DNA of 64,000 nucleotides from Escherichia coli (GCF_044324875.1 NZ_CP172185.1), one strand, 5' to 3'; positions 1 to 12,054 are shown, counted from the stretch's first letter. Notes: generated by a model from the sequence alone, not told the origin. Numbers and translations: made by a program.

Positions 1-63
1 GCACCCGTTGCCGCTACCGCATCAGAAATAAAAAAGCTCATTAAATTTCCCTCATTATTAATA

Positions 64-1206
<1,143 letters not shown>

Positions 1207-1245
1207 TCAGAAAAACAGTCCAACGTTTAAACCAGCGCCGCGGAA

Positions 1246-2316
1246 TTACTCCCCGACGCGCTCATTAATTGCCTGCGGATTGTACGTGATAAACATCGCA
1301 TCACCGTAACTAAAAAAGCGATATTTCTCTTCTACCGCTGCTTTATAGGCGTTCATGGTGTGTTGATAACCGGCAAAGGCCGAAACCAGCATAATCAGCG
1401 TCGACTCTGGCAAGTGGAAGTTCGTCACCAGCGCATCGACCACTTTGTACTGAAAACCCGGATAGATAAAGATTTGGGTATCGTCAAAGAACGGTTCGAT
1501 AAGATCGTTTTTCGCCGCCTGTGCCGCGCTTTCCAGCGAACGTACTGAAGTGGTGCCAACCGCAATCACCCGGTTACCGCGCGCTTTCGCCGCCAGTACC
1601 GCGTCTACCACATCCTGCGGTACTTCAGCGTATTCCGAGTGCATGATGTGATCTTCAATGGTGTCGACGCGCACCGGCTGGAAAGTACCCGCACCAACGT
1701 GCAACGTCACAAACGCCATCTCCACGCCTTTGGCGCGTAATTTTTCCAGCAAAGGCTCGTCAAAATGCAGACCAGCGGTCGGGGCTGCAACCGCGCCCGG
1801 TTTTTCGCTATAAACTGTTTGATAAAGTTCGCGGTCAGCGTCTTCGTCCGGACGATCGATATACGGCGGCAGCGGCATATGGCCGATGCTGTTGAGGATA
1901 TCCAGCACCGAACGATCATCATTAAATTCAACTTCAAACAGTGCGCCGTGGCGCGCGGTCATTGTTGCGTTGATACTTTCGTCATCGCCCAGTAACAGTT
2001 CTGCGCCAGGTTTTGGCGCTTTCGAGGCGCGAATATGCGCAAGAATGCGTTTGTCGTCGAGCATCCGCTCAACCAGCACTTCAATCTTGCCGCCGCTGGC
2101 TTTACGCCCAAACAGGCGCGCCGGGATCACGCGGGTATTATTAAAAACCAGAAGATCGCCGGGGTTGAGCTTATCGAGTAAATCGGTGAAAGTACCGTGC
2201 GTCAGCGCGCCCGTCGGCCCGTCCAGCGACAGTAAACGACAGCTACTGCGTTCAGGCATGGGATAGTGGGCAATCAGGGATTCGGGCAATTCAAAGGAGA
2301 AATCGGTAACGCGCAT
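1246..2316 (-). CDS. queA: S-adenosylmethionine:tRNA ribosyltransferase-isomerase
   Basis: 356-aa ORF recognised as QueA ([19 protein letters not shown]...); synteny with tgt. Confidence 0.93.
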   Translation of the reverse strand: MRVTDFSFELPESLIAHYPMPERSSCRLLSLDGPTGALTHGTFTDLLDKLNPGDLLVFNNTRVIPARLFGRKASGGKIEVLVERMLDDKRILAHIRASKAPKPGAELLLGDDESINATMTARHGALFEVEFNDDRSVLDILNSIGHMPLPPYIDRPDEDADRELYQTVYSEKPGAVAAPTAGLHFDEPLLEKLRAKGVEMAFVTLHVGAGTFQPVRVDTIEDHIMHSEYAEVPQDVVDAVLAAKARGNRVIAVGTTSVRSLESAAQAAKNDLIEPFFDDTQIFIYPGFQYKVVDALVTNFHLPESTLIMLVSAFAGYQHTMNAYKAAVEEKYRFFSYGDAMFITYNPQAINERVGE

Positions 2317-2534
2317 GACACTGACTCAGACTAAAATAAGAGGCGGGTAGTCTAGTGCCGGGGCGCTCTCCCTGCAACCTTTACCCTCCTTGATGGATGA
2401 CATAATCTATACACAAAATCATTCAAGATGCATCGAGATGGCAACTGAATGAGTCCCCAGGAGCTTACATTAAGTAAGTGACTGGGGTGAGTGAAGGCAG
2501 CCAACGAAGAGGCAGTTTGAAGGATGAAGTGTAT

Positions 2535-3116
2535 ATGAATTTTTTAGCTCACCTGCATCTAGCTCACTTGGCGGAAAGCTCGCTTTCTGGCAATTTACTG
2601 GCTGATTTCGTACGCGGAAATCCTGAAGAAAGTTTTCCGCTCGACGTCGTGGCTGGCATTCATATGCATCGGCGCATTGATGTACTAACCGACAATCTGC
2701 CGGAAGTCCGCGAAGCACGGGAATGGTTTCGTAGTGAAACGCGCCGCGTTGCGCCTATTACCCTGGATGTCATGTGGGATCACTTTCTTTCCCGCCACTG
2801 GTCGCAGCTGTCGCCGGACTTTCCGCTACAGGAATTTGTCTGTTATGCCCGCGAGCAAGTGATGACGATTTTGCCGGACTCACCGCCACGTTTTATCAAT
2901 CTGAACAATTACTTGTGGTCAGAGCAGTGGCTGGTGCGCTATCGCGATATGGATTTCATCCAGAACGTGTTAAACGGCATGGCAAGCCGTCGCCCACGTC
3001 TGGATGCCCTGCGTGACTCCTGGTACGATTTAAACGCACATTATGCCGCCCTCGAAACCCGCTTCTGGCAGTTTTATCCGCGGATGATGGCGCAGGCGTC
3101 ACGCAAGGCGCTCTGA
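2535..3116 (+). CDS. acpH: acyl carrier protein phosphodiesterase
   Basis: ORF track gives 2478..3116; internal ATG at 2535 ([16 protein letters not shown]...) gives the expected 193 aa; divergent from queA. Confidence 0.88.
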   Translation: MNFLAHLHLAHLAESSLSGNLLADFVRGNPEESFPLDVVAGIHMHRRIDVLTDNLPEVREAREWFRSETRRVAPITLDVMWDHFLSRHWSQLSPDFPLQEFVCYAREQVMTILPDSPPRFINLNNYLWSEQWLVRYRDMDFIQNVLNGMASRRPRLDALRDSWYDLNAHYAALETRFWQFYPRMMAQASRKAL

Positions 3117-3136
3117 AACTTCAAGCTCCGGCGTCA

Positions 3137-4594
3137 CTATTTTTTAGCATTCGCATCCAGCGGAGCGGCATAACAACTGTAAGAAAAACATTCGCTGGAA
3201 TGATTGGCGATATCTTTAAAATTGCTTTCAGCAACCCCCTCGAACATGAGTACCGTTCTGGACAACTCTCCGTTGTCATTTATATGTGGAAAATCAAATT
3301 GTGTACTGAATCGCCATACATCTGTCTTTTCTGGCTCGCTGTTCACAGAGATACGTCGATGGAAGACTCCTCCTGAAAACGTGCGCCAGAACAATTGTTG
3401 ATCAAAATCTTGTAATATCGCAGACTTGGATGCTATTTGACGTAGTAAACCTGCATACCGTGGACTGCCATTACGAGCAACATTATGCAAACCCTGACTA
3501 AAAGCATCAAACAAACAATAGATGTGATCACTAGTGAAAAAAGGTCTTAATTTTTTTTGTTCTTCATCGCTGTAATCCAGGAGCATCTCATTGATTTCTT
3601 CCGGTGAGAATTTTAAGACAAAATTATCCTCAGGATTTGTTTCTTTCTTGTTTTTTTCACTATTTTTCTCCTCAATGGTCTTCGCATTTTGTTTCGCAAT
3701 TTTTTCCGCATTTTCTTCCTCAGTTTTTTTCGCAATTTTTTCCGCAATTTTTTCCCGAGTTTTTGATTTTAGACTAACACCATCGATGTCAACCGGTGTT
3801 GTTTTCAGATCTCTCTGCGCGTCTTTCAAATTTGTCTTATAGAGATCGGGCACTTTATCGGCAGATAAGTATCCGAATGAAGAAATCTGGTGTGTACGCA
3901 TGGGGGGCTGTTCACAAAGCATCGAGGCTATATCGTCTTTAAACTCTTTTACATTAAAGTTATCGGCATTAACCTTCCCTGTTATAAACCCCGCATCGGC
4001 AATTTTCTTCTCTAATTGTTTTGTACGTTTAGAATAATAAGCGTTGTTATCATAAAACTTTTCAAGAAGGGCCCACTCCTCAAGCTGCCTTATGTGATTT
4101 TTCAACTGTTGATGATCTATTTTATATTCATGTGTACTAGAATCATTTTGGTTGCAAGAGTTACAGATTTTTAAGCATAATTTCCCATCAGATTTATCAT
4201 CTATGGTATCAGTGAAAATATAGGACAATTCAATACTCTGCCCGTTCTTATCAGTCATCTCATATGACCATTGCCCCGTTCGTTTCGCATTCTTAATGAG
4301 TTCGATGGACTCTACAGGACAACCATGAAGAATGGGCAGAATTTTATCAGGATGCTTAATGAGTAAAATTATTATATTTACAATATTTGAAAAGAAATCT
4401 TTGCTATTTTTTATTTCATCGATTTTTTCCGCTGAAATGTTTACTAAGTTTTCATTTCCGGAAATGAAAAGCAATTTGCCATGGGGGCTTTTTTTAAATT
4501 GTTCTTCTGTTTTAGAAAAAACATCCTCTTTAAAAGGTGGCAACTCAGTACCAGTAATAAACGGTTTTAATAAATTCGAATTTGAAATTGTCAT
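3137..4594 (-). CDS. hypothetical 485-aa protein of unknown family; low-GC, probably horizontally acquired; Lys/Glu-rich repeat linker between N- and C-terminal regions
   Basis: Single long ORF with ATG at 4592-4594 preceded by GGAG; DNA about one-third G+C by eye against roughly half in flanks; no Walker A, HNH or other motif I can recognise. Confidence 0.7.
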   Translation of the reverse strand: MTISNSNLLKPFITGTELPPFKEDVFSKTEEQFKKSPHGKLLFISGNENLVNISAEKIDEIKNSKDFFSNIVNIIILLIKHPDKILPILHGCPVESIELIKNAKRTGQWSYEMTDKNGQSIELSYIFTDTIDDKSDGKLCLKICNSCNQNDSSTHEYKIDHQQLKNHIRQLEEWALLEKFYDNNAYYSKRTKQLEKKIADAGFITGKVNADNFNVKEFKDDIASMLCEQPPMRTHQISSFGYLSADKVPDLYKTNLKDAQRDLKTTPVDIDGVSLKSKTREKIAEKIAKKTEEENAEKIAKQNAKTIEEKNSEKNKKETNPEDNFVLKFSPEEINEMLLDYSDEEQKKLRPFFTSDHIYCLFDAFSQGLHNVARNGSPRYAGLLRQIASKSAILQDFDQQLFWRTFSGGVFHRRISVNSEPEKTDVWRFSTQFDFPHINDNGELSRTVLMFEGVAESNFKDIANHSSECFSYSCYAAPLDANAKK

Positions 4595-4700
4595 ATCTTT
4601 GCTCCACTACAGGGTTATCCTGGAGCATGTTGTACATAACATCATGGGCAAAGAATACCAAAAATCGCTCATATCGATCGGGACAAATATTTAACAAATT

Positions 4701-4749
4701 CAGCCCTGACATTGAGCAGCTTTTTTTGCGCTGCGTAGTGTCAGGGCTG
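4701..4749 (-). terminator. putative intrinsic terminator downstream of malZ (11-bp perfect stem with nested inner stem)
   Basis: cagccctgaca (4701-4711) pairs with tgtcagggctg (4739-4749); on the minus strand the stem is followed by an A/T-rich tract. Confidence 0.4.
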
Positions 4750-4782
4750 GTGACTAACGACGTAACAAATAAAACAGATGCT

Positions 4783-6596
4783 TTAGTTGATCCACACCGT
4801 AGCCGAAATGGCAGGCAAAGCCAGAATCCCGTCTGTCAGTTGCCCATGGCCTTCTTTGCGTTGCCATTGCGCGACATTAAGAAACGGTGACGCGGGGAGC
4901 ACCACTTCACAGGCCTCGCCACGGTTGATTGCCACCAGTACACGTTGCTGATTCAGCACGCGGACAAATACCACCACGTTATCTTCCGCATACAGCACCT
5001 GACAGCCGCCACGACGCAGCGCCTGACTTTTCTTACGCAGCGCAATCATTCGCTGGTACAGCGCGAATAACGCCGTATCCTGCTTTTCCACCTGCCAGGG
5101 GAACGGTTTACGGCAAAACGGATCGTTTTTACCATCCAGTCCCACTTCATCACCGTAATAAATGCACGGTACACCAGGCCAGGTGAACAGCCAGACCACC
5201 GCCAGCGGCAGGCGCGCAATATCCCGACCGAGCAGCGTTTTAAATCGCGCAGTATCGTGGCTATCGAGCTGATTAAACATACGTAATTGTTGTTGATGAG
5301 AAAGCCCTGCGCGGTAATTATCCATCCAGGCCATACAGGTTTGGGCGTCAATGTGCTGCGGATCGTAAGAGATATCGGTATTGGCGAGAAATCCCCACAA
5401 CGGGAAGGTAAAGCCGCGATAGTTCATGGCGGCATCTTCCACATCGGCCTGTAACCATTGCCGTGCATCGCCAAAATGTTCGCCGACAATATACGCTTCC
5501 GGCTGTGTTTCTTTCGCCGCTTCGGTGATCCCAGCAACGTGCTGCATATTATTGCGCGCCCCACCCGCCTCCCCAGCATATGCACCACATCCAGCCGCCA
5601 GCCGTCCATACTCCACGGCGCTTTCAGCCAGTGGCGGACAATACTGTCTTCCCCGCGATAAATTTCATTCACCAGACTTTCCGACTGATAATCCAGCTTC
5701 GGCAAGCTGGCATAGCCAAGCCAGTCGAGCGCCGTGCCATCATCACTAAACGAGTACCAGTCGCGCCAGGGCGATTCGGGGTTGTGACAAGCTCCCCCCG
5801 TGCCACGATTGTGCCTGTCAAACCAGGCATGGGAATCGCCACTGTGGTTAAACACGCCATCCAGCACCAGCCGCATTCCCAGCTGCTGCGTATTGTGGCG
5901 TAAGCGCAGCAACGCCCCATCACCGCCAAACTGCGGATCGACATGGCGATAATCCTCGGTATCGTATTTATGTACGCTGGGAGCTTTAAACACCGGATTA
6001 AGATACAGCGCCGTCACGCCAAGTTTTTTCAGATACGGCAGTTTTTCGCTGATACCGTCCAGATCGCCGCCATAGAACGTTGATCCGCCCGCCTGCGCCG
6101 TGACCGGTTCATCCCAGTCACGCAATATGATCTCTTGTCCGGCTGCGTGATGGTAATAAACATGATCCTGTTCAGCTTCACGAGAAAGACTACGGGCGAA
6201 ACGATCAGGGAAGATCTGATAAAAAATCTGATCCGCAGCCCATTGTGGGCCGATATCCGGTACATCGACGGCAAACTGCTCCAGTCGTGCTGGCGGCATT
6301 CGGCTGAAGCCCTGCGGTGTAAACCAACGCTGGCGATCGTGCCACAGCAATTTGAAACTATAACGCCGCCGAGGTTGCCCGCTGGAGAGATCGATCGCCG
6401 CCCGCCATGCGGTGACGCCAAGCTGCGGCTGACTGCGCTGCTTATGCATCGGTACTGACGTTTCTTCGTTGTCGTGTTCTGTACGCAGCATAATGCGCTG
6501 CGGTGGGTCTTCGCCCGTCAGCCACAGTGTAATGAGCAGTTGATCTTTGCTTTGTTTAACAAATGGGGGCACCGGCAGGTGCCATGCATTTAACAT
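4783..6596 (-). pseudogene. malZ: maltodextrin glucosidase, apparently disrupted by a -1 frameshift in a G-run (or a sequencing error)
   Basis: Two overlapping minus-strand ORFs (5424..6599 and 4783..5616) together read as MalZ; frame switches at [15 protein letters not shown] near 5565-5572, where the minus strand reads CTGGGGAGG. Confidence 0.6.
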
Positions 6597-6754
6597 CATA
6601 ATTCCCCTGTGATGAAAATCTGATCACCTTGCCATAGCCTAATGCAGGATCACTCATCATCTGAAGGATATTTGGGGGAGGAGGACGGGGGCGGATAACT
6701 TTCGGAATAGCCGGATCAGGATTTCCTCCTGAACCGGCTTACAGAACGCAAGGA

Positions 6755-8128
6755 TTACTGGTTTTCAGCCAGCTGACGATCGTGGCGACGCTTAAACATC
6801 CAGCCAATCAACAGCACAACAATCCACGCGAAACCGACATACAGCGAGATACGCGTATCCGGGTGATAACCAATCAACCCGATAATAAAGAGCAGGAAAA
6901 TCAGCCCGCCGATGGTGGTTGCTACCCCACCCGGTACTTTAAATTTCAGCGCCTTAACTTCTTCTGGCGGTAAACGGCGACGGAAGGCGATTTGCGACAG
7001 CAGGATCATAATCCACACCCACACCGTGGCGAAAGTTGCCAGCGAAGCGATCACCAGGAAGACGTTTTCCGGCATGATGTAGTTCAGATACACAGCAAAC
7101 AGAAGCGCGGTAGTCATCACCAGCACCGTAACCCACGGAATACCGCGACGCGAGGTTTTGCTGAAAATTTTCGGCGCGCTGCCCTGCTCTGCCATACCGT
7201 GGAGCATACGGCCTACGCCAAATACATCACTGTTAATTGCCGACAGCGAAGCGGTCAGCACAACAAAGTTAAGAATGCTGGCGGCAAAGGTAATGCCCAT
7301 ATGCTGGAACGTCAGCACAAACGGGCTACCGGCAGTGCCAACCTGATTCCACGGGTAGATAGACATAATGACGAACAGCGTACCGACGTAGAACACCAGA
7401 ATACGCATCGGCACGGAGTTAATCGCACGCGGTATCGATTTCTCAGGATCTTTCGCTTCACCAGCGGTAATCCCGATAATTTCGATCCCACCGTAAGCAA
7501 ACATCACCATTTGCAGCGACATCACCATCCCAAGCCAACCGTTGCTGAAGAAGCCGCCGTTGCTCCACAGGTTATGAATACCGGTCGGTTGCCCGCCGTT
7601 GCCAATCCCCCAGATGATGATGCCGAAACCGGCAACAATCATGATGATAATGGTGGCGACTTTAAAGAACGAGAACCAGAATTCCAGCTCACCGAAGACC
7701 TTCACGCTCATCAGGTTTACGGCGCAAATGATCAGCACCACGCTCAGCACCCAAATCCAGTGCGGCACCGTCGGGAACCAGACACCCATATAGATACCAA
7801 AAGCGGTCACATCGGCGATGGCGACAATAAGGATTTCAAAGCAGTAGGTCCAGCCGGTAATGTAACCTGCCAGCGGGCCGAGGTTTTCCTGCGCATAACG
7901 GGAAAAAGAACTGGCTGCCGGGTTATGTACCGACATTTCCCCCAGCGCACGCATAATGATATACGCCGCGATACCACCGATAATATAGGCCAACAACACG
8001 CTCGGACCGGCCATTTTGATGGCGTCTGCCGAACCGTAAAACAACCCGGTGCCAATTGCTGAACCCAGTGCCATAAAGCGTATGTGGCGGGTACTTAGCC
8101 CACGCTTTAGCTTGTTCTTACTTTCCAT
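6755..8128 (-). CDS. proY: amino-acid permease, cryptic proline transporter
   Basis: ORF 6755..8131 recognised as ProY; second Met taken as start (457 aa); multi-pass membrane protein. Confidence 0.88.
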   Translation of the reverse strand: MESKNKLKRGLSTRHIRFMALGSAIGTGLFYGSADAIKMAGPSVLLAYIIGGIAAYIIMRALGEMSVHNPAASSFSRYAQENLGPLAGYITGWTYCFEILIVAIADVTAFGIYMGVWFPTVPHWIWVLSVVLIICAVNLMSVKVFGELEFWFSFFKVATIIIMIVAGFGIIIWGIGNGGQPTGIHNLWSNGGFFSNGWLGMVMSLQMVMFAYGGIEIIGITAGEAKDPEKSIPRAINSVPMRILVFYVGTLFVIMSIYPWNQVGTAGSPFVLTFQHMGITFAASILNFVVLTASLSAINSDVFGVGRMLHGMAEQGSAPKIFSKTSRRGIPWVTVLVMTTALLFAVYLNYIMPENVFLVIASLATFATVWVWIMILLSQIAFRRRLPPEEVKALKFKVPGGVATTIGGLIFLLFIIGLIGYHPDTRISLYVGFAWIVVLLIGWMFKRRHDRQLAENQ

Positions 8129-8158
8129 CAATTCCTAACCCATCAACACAATAAAAAA

Positions 8159-8182
8159 CCACGGGGCATCGCAGCCCCGTGG
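8159..8182 (-). terminator. intrinsic terminator downstream of brnQ
   Basis: ccacggggc / gccccgtgg stem with 6-nt loop, followed on the minus strand by a T-run. Confidence 0.6.
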
Positions 8183-8203
8183 TTAAAACAAATGTTCAGT
8201 GAT

Positions 8204-9523
8204 TTAGTGAGCGCTGGAGGTCACCTGACGACCTGCCGCGCGATCCCAGATAATGGCCAGAACCACCATCACCACTGTTGGCATTAACCACGCCAGACCT
8301 TGTTCGGCCAGCGGTAAACGCTGCGCCCAGGACGGTAAGATATCGCTGAATGCAGATGCTTTGATCCCGTCGAGAATACCAAAAAGCAGGCTGATAAACA
8401 TCGGCGGAGCAATCACGCGGGACGAATTATGCCACCATGAGCGTGTAAAACTTAATACAACCAGTGCGATACACGGCGGATAAATAGCGGTCAGCACCGG
8501 TACGGAGATCTGGATCAGCTGGCTTAAGCCGAGGTTAGAAACCACCATCGAGAAGCCGCCGAGGATAAACACCAGCGTACGATAAGAGAGCGGTACGTAC
8601 TGGGCAAAGAATTCTGCACAAGCACAGGTCAGGCCAACTGCCGTGACCAGGCAGGCGATGAAGATTAACGCCGCCAGCAGGAAGCTACCGCCGCCGCCAA
8701 AGGTGTGCTGAACGTAAGCATGCAGAATAGCAGCGCCGTTTGCAGACTGATCGACCAGCGACGCGCTGTCTGAACCCAGACGGAACAGTGCCAGGTACAG
8801 CAGAGTAAGACCAACACCCGCCATCAGACCAGCCCAGACGGTATAACGGGTCAGCAGACGCGCTTCAGTAACGCCACGAGAACGCGCCGCGTTAACAATA
8901 ACGATACCAAACACCATCGCGCCCAGCGTATCCATGGTCAGATAGCCGTTGACGAAGCCGTTAGAAAACGCAGCGTTTTGATAAGCCTCAGTCGCCGTGC
9001 TGATAGAACCCGCCGGCCAGACAATCGCGGCAACAGACAGGATGACCAGCGCGATAATTTTCAGCGGCGCAAGGAAGTTGCCCACGGTATCCAGCAGCTT
9101 GCCCGGATAGAGCGAAACCAGAATAACGATAGCGAAATAGACCAGGCTGTAGATAAACAGCGGCAGTGCGGAATCACCCGTCAGCGGCGCAATGCCCACT
9201 TCAAAAGAAACGGTAGCTGTACGCGGCGTAGCGAAAAGCGGCCCCACCGCCAGGTAACAAACCGTTGCCAGCAGCACGCCAGCGACTTTACCGATTGGCG
9301 TGCTGAGGCTGTCAACACCGCCGCCAACTTTTGCCAGCGCCACTACCGTTAATACCGGCAGGCCAACGGCAGTAATGAGGAAGCCGAATGCCGCAGTCCA
9401 GACGTGTTCGCCTGCCTGTAAGCCGACCATTGGAGGGAAAATAATGTTACCTGCGCCGACGAACAACGCAAATGTCATAAAGCCCAGAGCGATGATATCG
9501 CGCGATCTTAATTGATGGGTCAT
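8204..9523 (-). CDS. brnQ: branched-chain amino acid transport system 2 carrier
   Basis: 439-aa ORF recognised as BrnQ. Confidence 0.9.
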   Translation of the reverse strand: MTHQLRSRDIIALGFMTFALFVGAGNIIFPPMVGLQAGEHVWTAAFGFLITAVGLPVLTVVALAKVGGGVDSLSTPIGKVAGVLLATVCYLAVGPLFATPRTATVSFEVGIAPLTGDSALPLFIYSLVYFAIVILVSLYPGKLLDTVGNFLAPLKIIALVILSVAAIVWPAGSISTATEAYQNAAFSNGFVNGYLTMDTLGAMVFGIVIVNAARSRGVTEARLLTRYTVWAGLMAGVGLTLLYLALFRLGSDSASLVDQSANGAAILHAYVQHTFGGGGSFLLAALIFIACLVTAVGLTCACAEFFAQYVPLSYRTLVFILGGFSMVVSNLGLSQLIQISVPVLTAIYPPCIALVVLSFTRSWWHNSSRVIAPPMFISLLFGILDGIKASAFSDILPSWAQRLPLAEQGLAWLMPTVVMVVLAIIWDRAAGRQVTSSAH

Positions 9524-9929
9524 AAATCATACTGCCTGTGGATGTGGTGTTGTAACGTTAAATTTTTGTGCCAATCCCTGGGGATGATACAGCGGTATAT
9601 TTAAACAATTTTAGCGGGAAATACTCCCAACCAGGCGCGGCGAAGAATAGTTTTTCGATTTACCGCGTGAATGCAGTCAGTATGACAGCACCTGAAGCGC
9701 AATTTAAACGCTTATAACGTTTTAAAGCAAGAAGGGATCTAAAAACCAGAGGTATATAGCGATAAGAAATCACCAACCAGTATAAAACACTATTTCCGTA
9801 AAAAAGACATGGCTAATCATGCGAACAAAAAATCACCAACCGTTGTAAAATCTAACGCCCGTATTTTGACTGCAAAGAAAATAAGCCAGCATCGGCTGGC
9901 TTATGGCAATAAAAGATGACAAAGGCGGA

Positions 9930-11225
9930 TTAAGCGCTGTTTTTGGCAATTAAACGTTCCGGGATAACAAAACTGAAACGTGTTCCTTTTCCTACTGTAC
10001 TCTCAATATTCAGGCGACTTTCGTGATGATTCACCGCATGTTTCACGATCGCTAACCCTAATCCGCTACCGCCGGTTTGCCGGGAACGCGCTTTATCAAC
10101 GCGATAAAAACGCTCGGTCAGGCGCGGAATATGCTCCAGTGCAATGCCCGGTCCGTTATCTTCAACGCTAAATTCGGCACCGTGCGGCACTCGCTGCCAG
10201 CGTACGGTGATATGCGTGCCTTCCGGCGTATGATTTACGGCGTTATAGACCAGGTTCGAAATCGCACTGCGTAGCTGATCTTCGTTGCCAGACACCTTGA
10301 GGCCGTTATCTATCTCAAAGGTAAACGTCTGTTTTTTCTGACTCAGAGTCTGAGCCTCGCGCTCAACGACGCGCAGCATCATCGGCACATCAACCTTTTC
10401 ATTGAGCAAATGCGTCGGTGCGGCTTCTATTTTCGACAGCGTCAGCAACTGCTTCACCAGCCCTTCCATCCGCTGGGTCTGCTCACGCATGGTGTGCAAC
10501 GCTTTTTCACGTACCGCGCCTTCCAGCGGTTGCTCATCCATCATCTCCAGGTAACCCTGTAACACGGTCAATGGCGTACGTAACTCATGGCTCACGTTGG
10601 CAAAAAAATTACGCCGCGCCCCTTCCAGTTGATGCATTTGCGTGACATCACGCGCCACCATCAGCAACTGTTTGTGGGTATAAGGCATGACGCGAATTTC
10701 CAGATGCCGCCCGGTGTTGAGCACCAGATTAAGCGGGCGAGAAAAATCACGCGTTTTCAGATATTGCGTAAACTCCGGGTAACGCAGCAAGTTAAGGATG
10801 TTCTGCCCGTTATCTTCCGGCCAGCGCAAGCCAAGAATCTGTTGCGCCAGACCGTTGCACCAGAAAATACCGCCCTCTTCCGTGGTCAGCACCACCGCGT
10901 CGGGCAGCGACTCCGCGCCGCTACGAAAGCGTTTAATCAGATTGCCCAGTTCGCGGCGGCGTTTTTTATTTCGCAACTGCATCTGGTGTAATCCGTATAG
11001 CAGCGGTTCCCAGCTACCACGTCCCGGTGGCGGGGTCATACTACGATCCACCCACAGCCACCATGAAAGGCGCAATAAATTCCAGAAATGCCAGATAAGC
11101 AGTCCTGTTACCGATGCCAGCAAAAACCAGGGCAGGTAACCAAAAAATGCACCCAGGATGAAAGCCGGGAGGCAGCAAAGTAGCAGCTCCAGCACCAGCC
11201 TTTTCCACGACAGCCGTTCCAGCAC
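9930..11225 (-). CDS. phoR: phosphate regulon sensor histidine kinase
   Basis: 431-aa ORF recognised as PhoR (H-box [11 protein letters not shown]); downstream of phoB. Confidence 0.93.
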   Translation of the reverse strand: MLERLSWKRLVLELLLCCLPAFILGAFFGYLPWFLLASVTGLLIWHFWNLLRLSWWLWVDRSMTPPPGRGSWEPLLYGLHQMQLRNKKRRRELGNLIKRFRSGAESLPDAVVLTTEEGGIFWCNGLAQQILGLRWPEDNGQNILNLLRYPEFTQYLKTRDFSRPLNLVLNTGRHLEIRVMPYTHKQLLMVARDVTQMHQLEGARRNFFANVSHELRTPLTVLQGYLEMMDEQPLEGAVREKALHTMREQTQRMEGLVKQLLTLSKIEAAPTHLLNEKVDVPMMLRVVEREAQTLSQKKQTFTFEIDNGLKVSGNEDQLRSAISNLVYNAVNHTPEGTHITVRWQRVPHGAEFSVEDNGPGIALEHIPRLTERFYRVDKARSRQTGGSGLGLAIVKHAVNHHESRLNIESTVGKGTRFSFVIPERLIAKNSA

Positions 11226-11282
11226 GTAAGATACTCCAGTTAAGAAATCATAAGCCCTGCTCTGCGTCCGATGAGCAAGGCG

Positions 11283-11972
11283 TTAAAAGCGGGTTGAAAA
11301 ACGATATCCTGTACCGCGCACGGTCTGCACCATGCGGTCATGCCCGCCGGGCTCCAGTGCTTTACGCAGGCGACGAATGTGGACATCGACCGTACGATCT
11401 TCCACATACACGTTGGTTCCCCAGACGTGGTTTAACAGCTGCTCGCGGCTGTACACGCGCTCAGGATGCGTCATAAAAAAGTGCAGCAGTTTAAATTCTG
11501 TCGGCCCCATCTCCAGTGGCTCTTCGCCCGCCATCACCCGGTGAGATGTCGGGTCGAGGCTTAGCCCCTGCATCTCGATCACCTCTTCCACCGCCATTGG
11601 CGAAATACGGCGCATTACCGCTTTGATTCGCGCCACCAGCTCCTTCGGCGAAAACGGCTTGGTGATATAGTCATCCGCGCCGGTTTCAAGGCCGCGCACG
11701 CGATCTTCTTCTTCCCCTCTGGCGGTCAACATCACCACTGGAATATCCCGGGTCATCGACTCGCGCTTGAGGTGTTTGATGAACTGGATACCGGAGCCGC
11801 CAGGTAACATCCAGTCAAGGAGAATTAAATCCGGCCAGGGTTCATTCAGTTGATTCACAGCACTGTCATAATCTTCCGCTTCGACCGGCTGAAAGCCATT
11901 TTGTTCGAGCACGAAGCAGACCATTTCGCGAATTGGTGCTTCATCTTCTACGACCAGAATACGTCTCGCCAT
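11283..11972 (-). CDS. phoB: phosphate regulon response regulator
   Basis: 229-aa ORF recognised as PhoB ([17 protein letters not shown]...). Confidence 0.94.
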
Positions 11973-12024
11973 GATTTGCCCTGTTGTAATAAATAGGTTG
12001 CGATCATTAATGCGACGTCATTAT

Positions 12025-12054
12025 GCGTCAGATTTATGACAGATTTATGAAAAG
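12025..12054 (-). promoter_or_regulatory. Pho box in the phoB promoter
   Basis: Minus strand reads TTTTCATAAATCTGTCATAAATCTGA, direct repeats of the CTGTCAT type upstream of phoB. Confidence 0.7.

Noticed and set aside
3700-3750. Short tandem direct repeats that could be mistaken for a CRISPR-like array
   Set aside because: Repeats are about 18-25 bp with no unique spacers, sit inside a coding sequence and translate to an in-frame EKIA repeat; not CRISPR.
4332-4694. 120-aa plus-strand ORF inside the low-GC insert
   Set aside because: Antisense to the 485-aa ORF; Phe/Ile/Ser-rich mirror translation of AT-rich coding DNA; the longer minus-strand ORF with an RBS is the better call. An antisense transcript cannot be excluded.
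6992-8062. 356-aa plus-strand ORF rich in His/Arg/Gln
   Set aside because: Lies entirely antisense to proY; composition is what you get from translating the opposite strand of a membrane-protein gene; no RBS or context.
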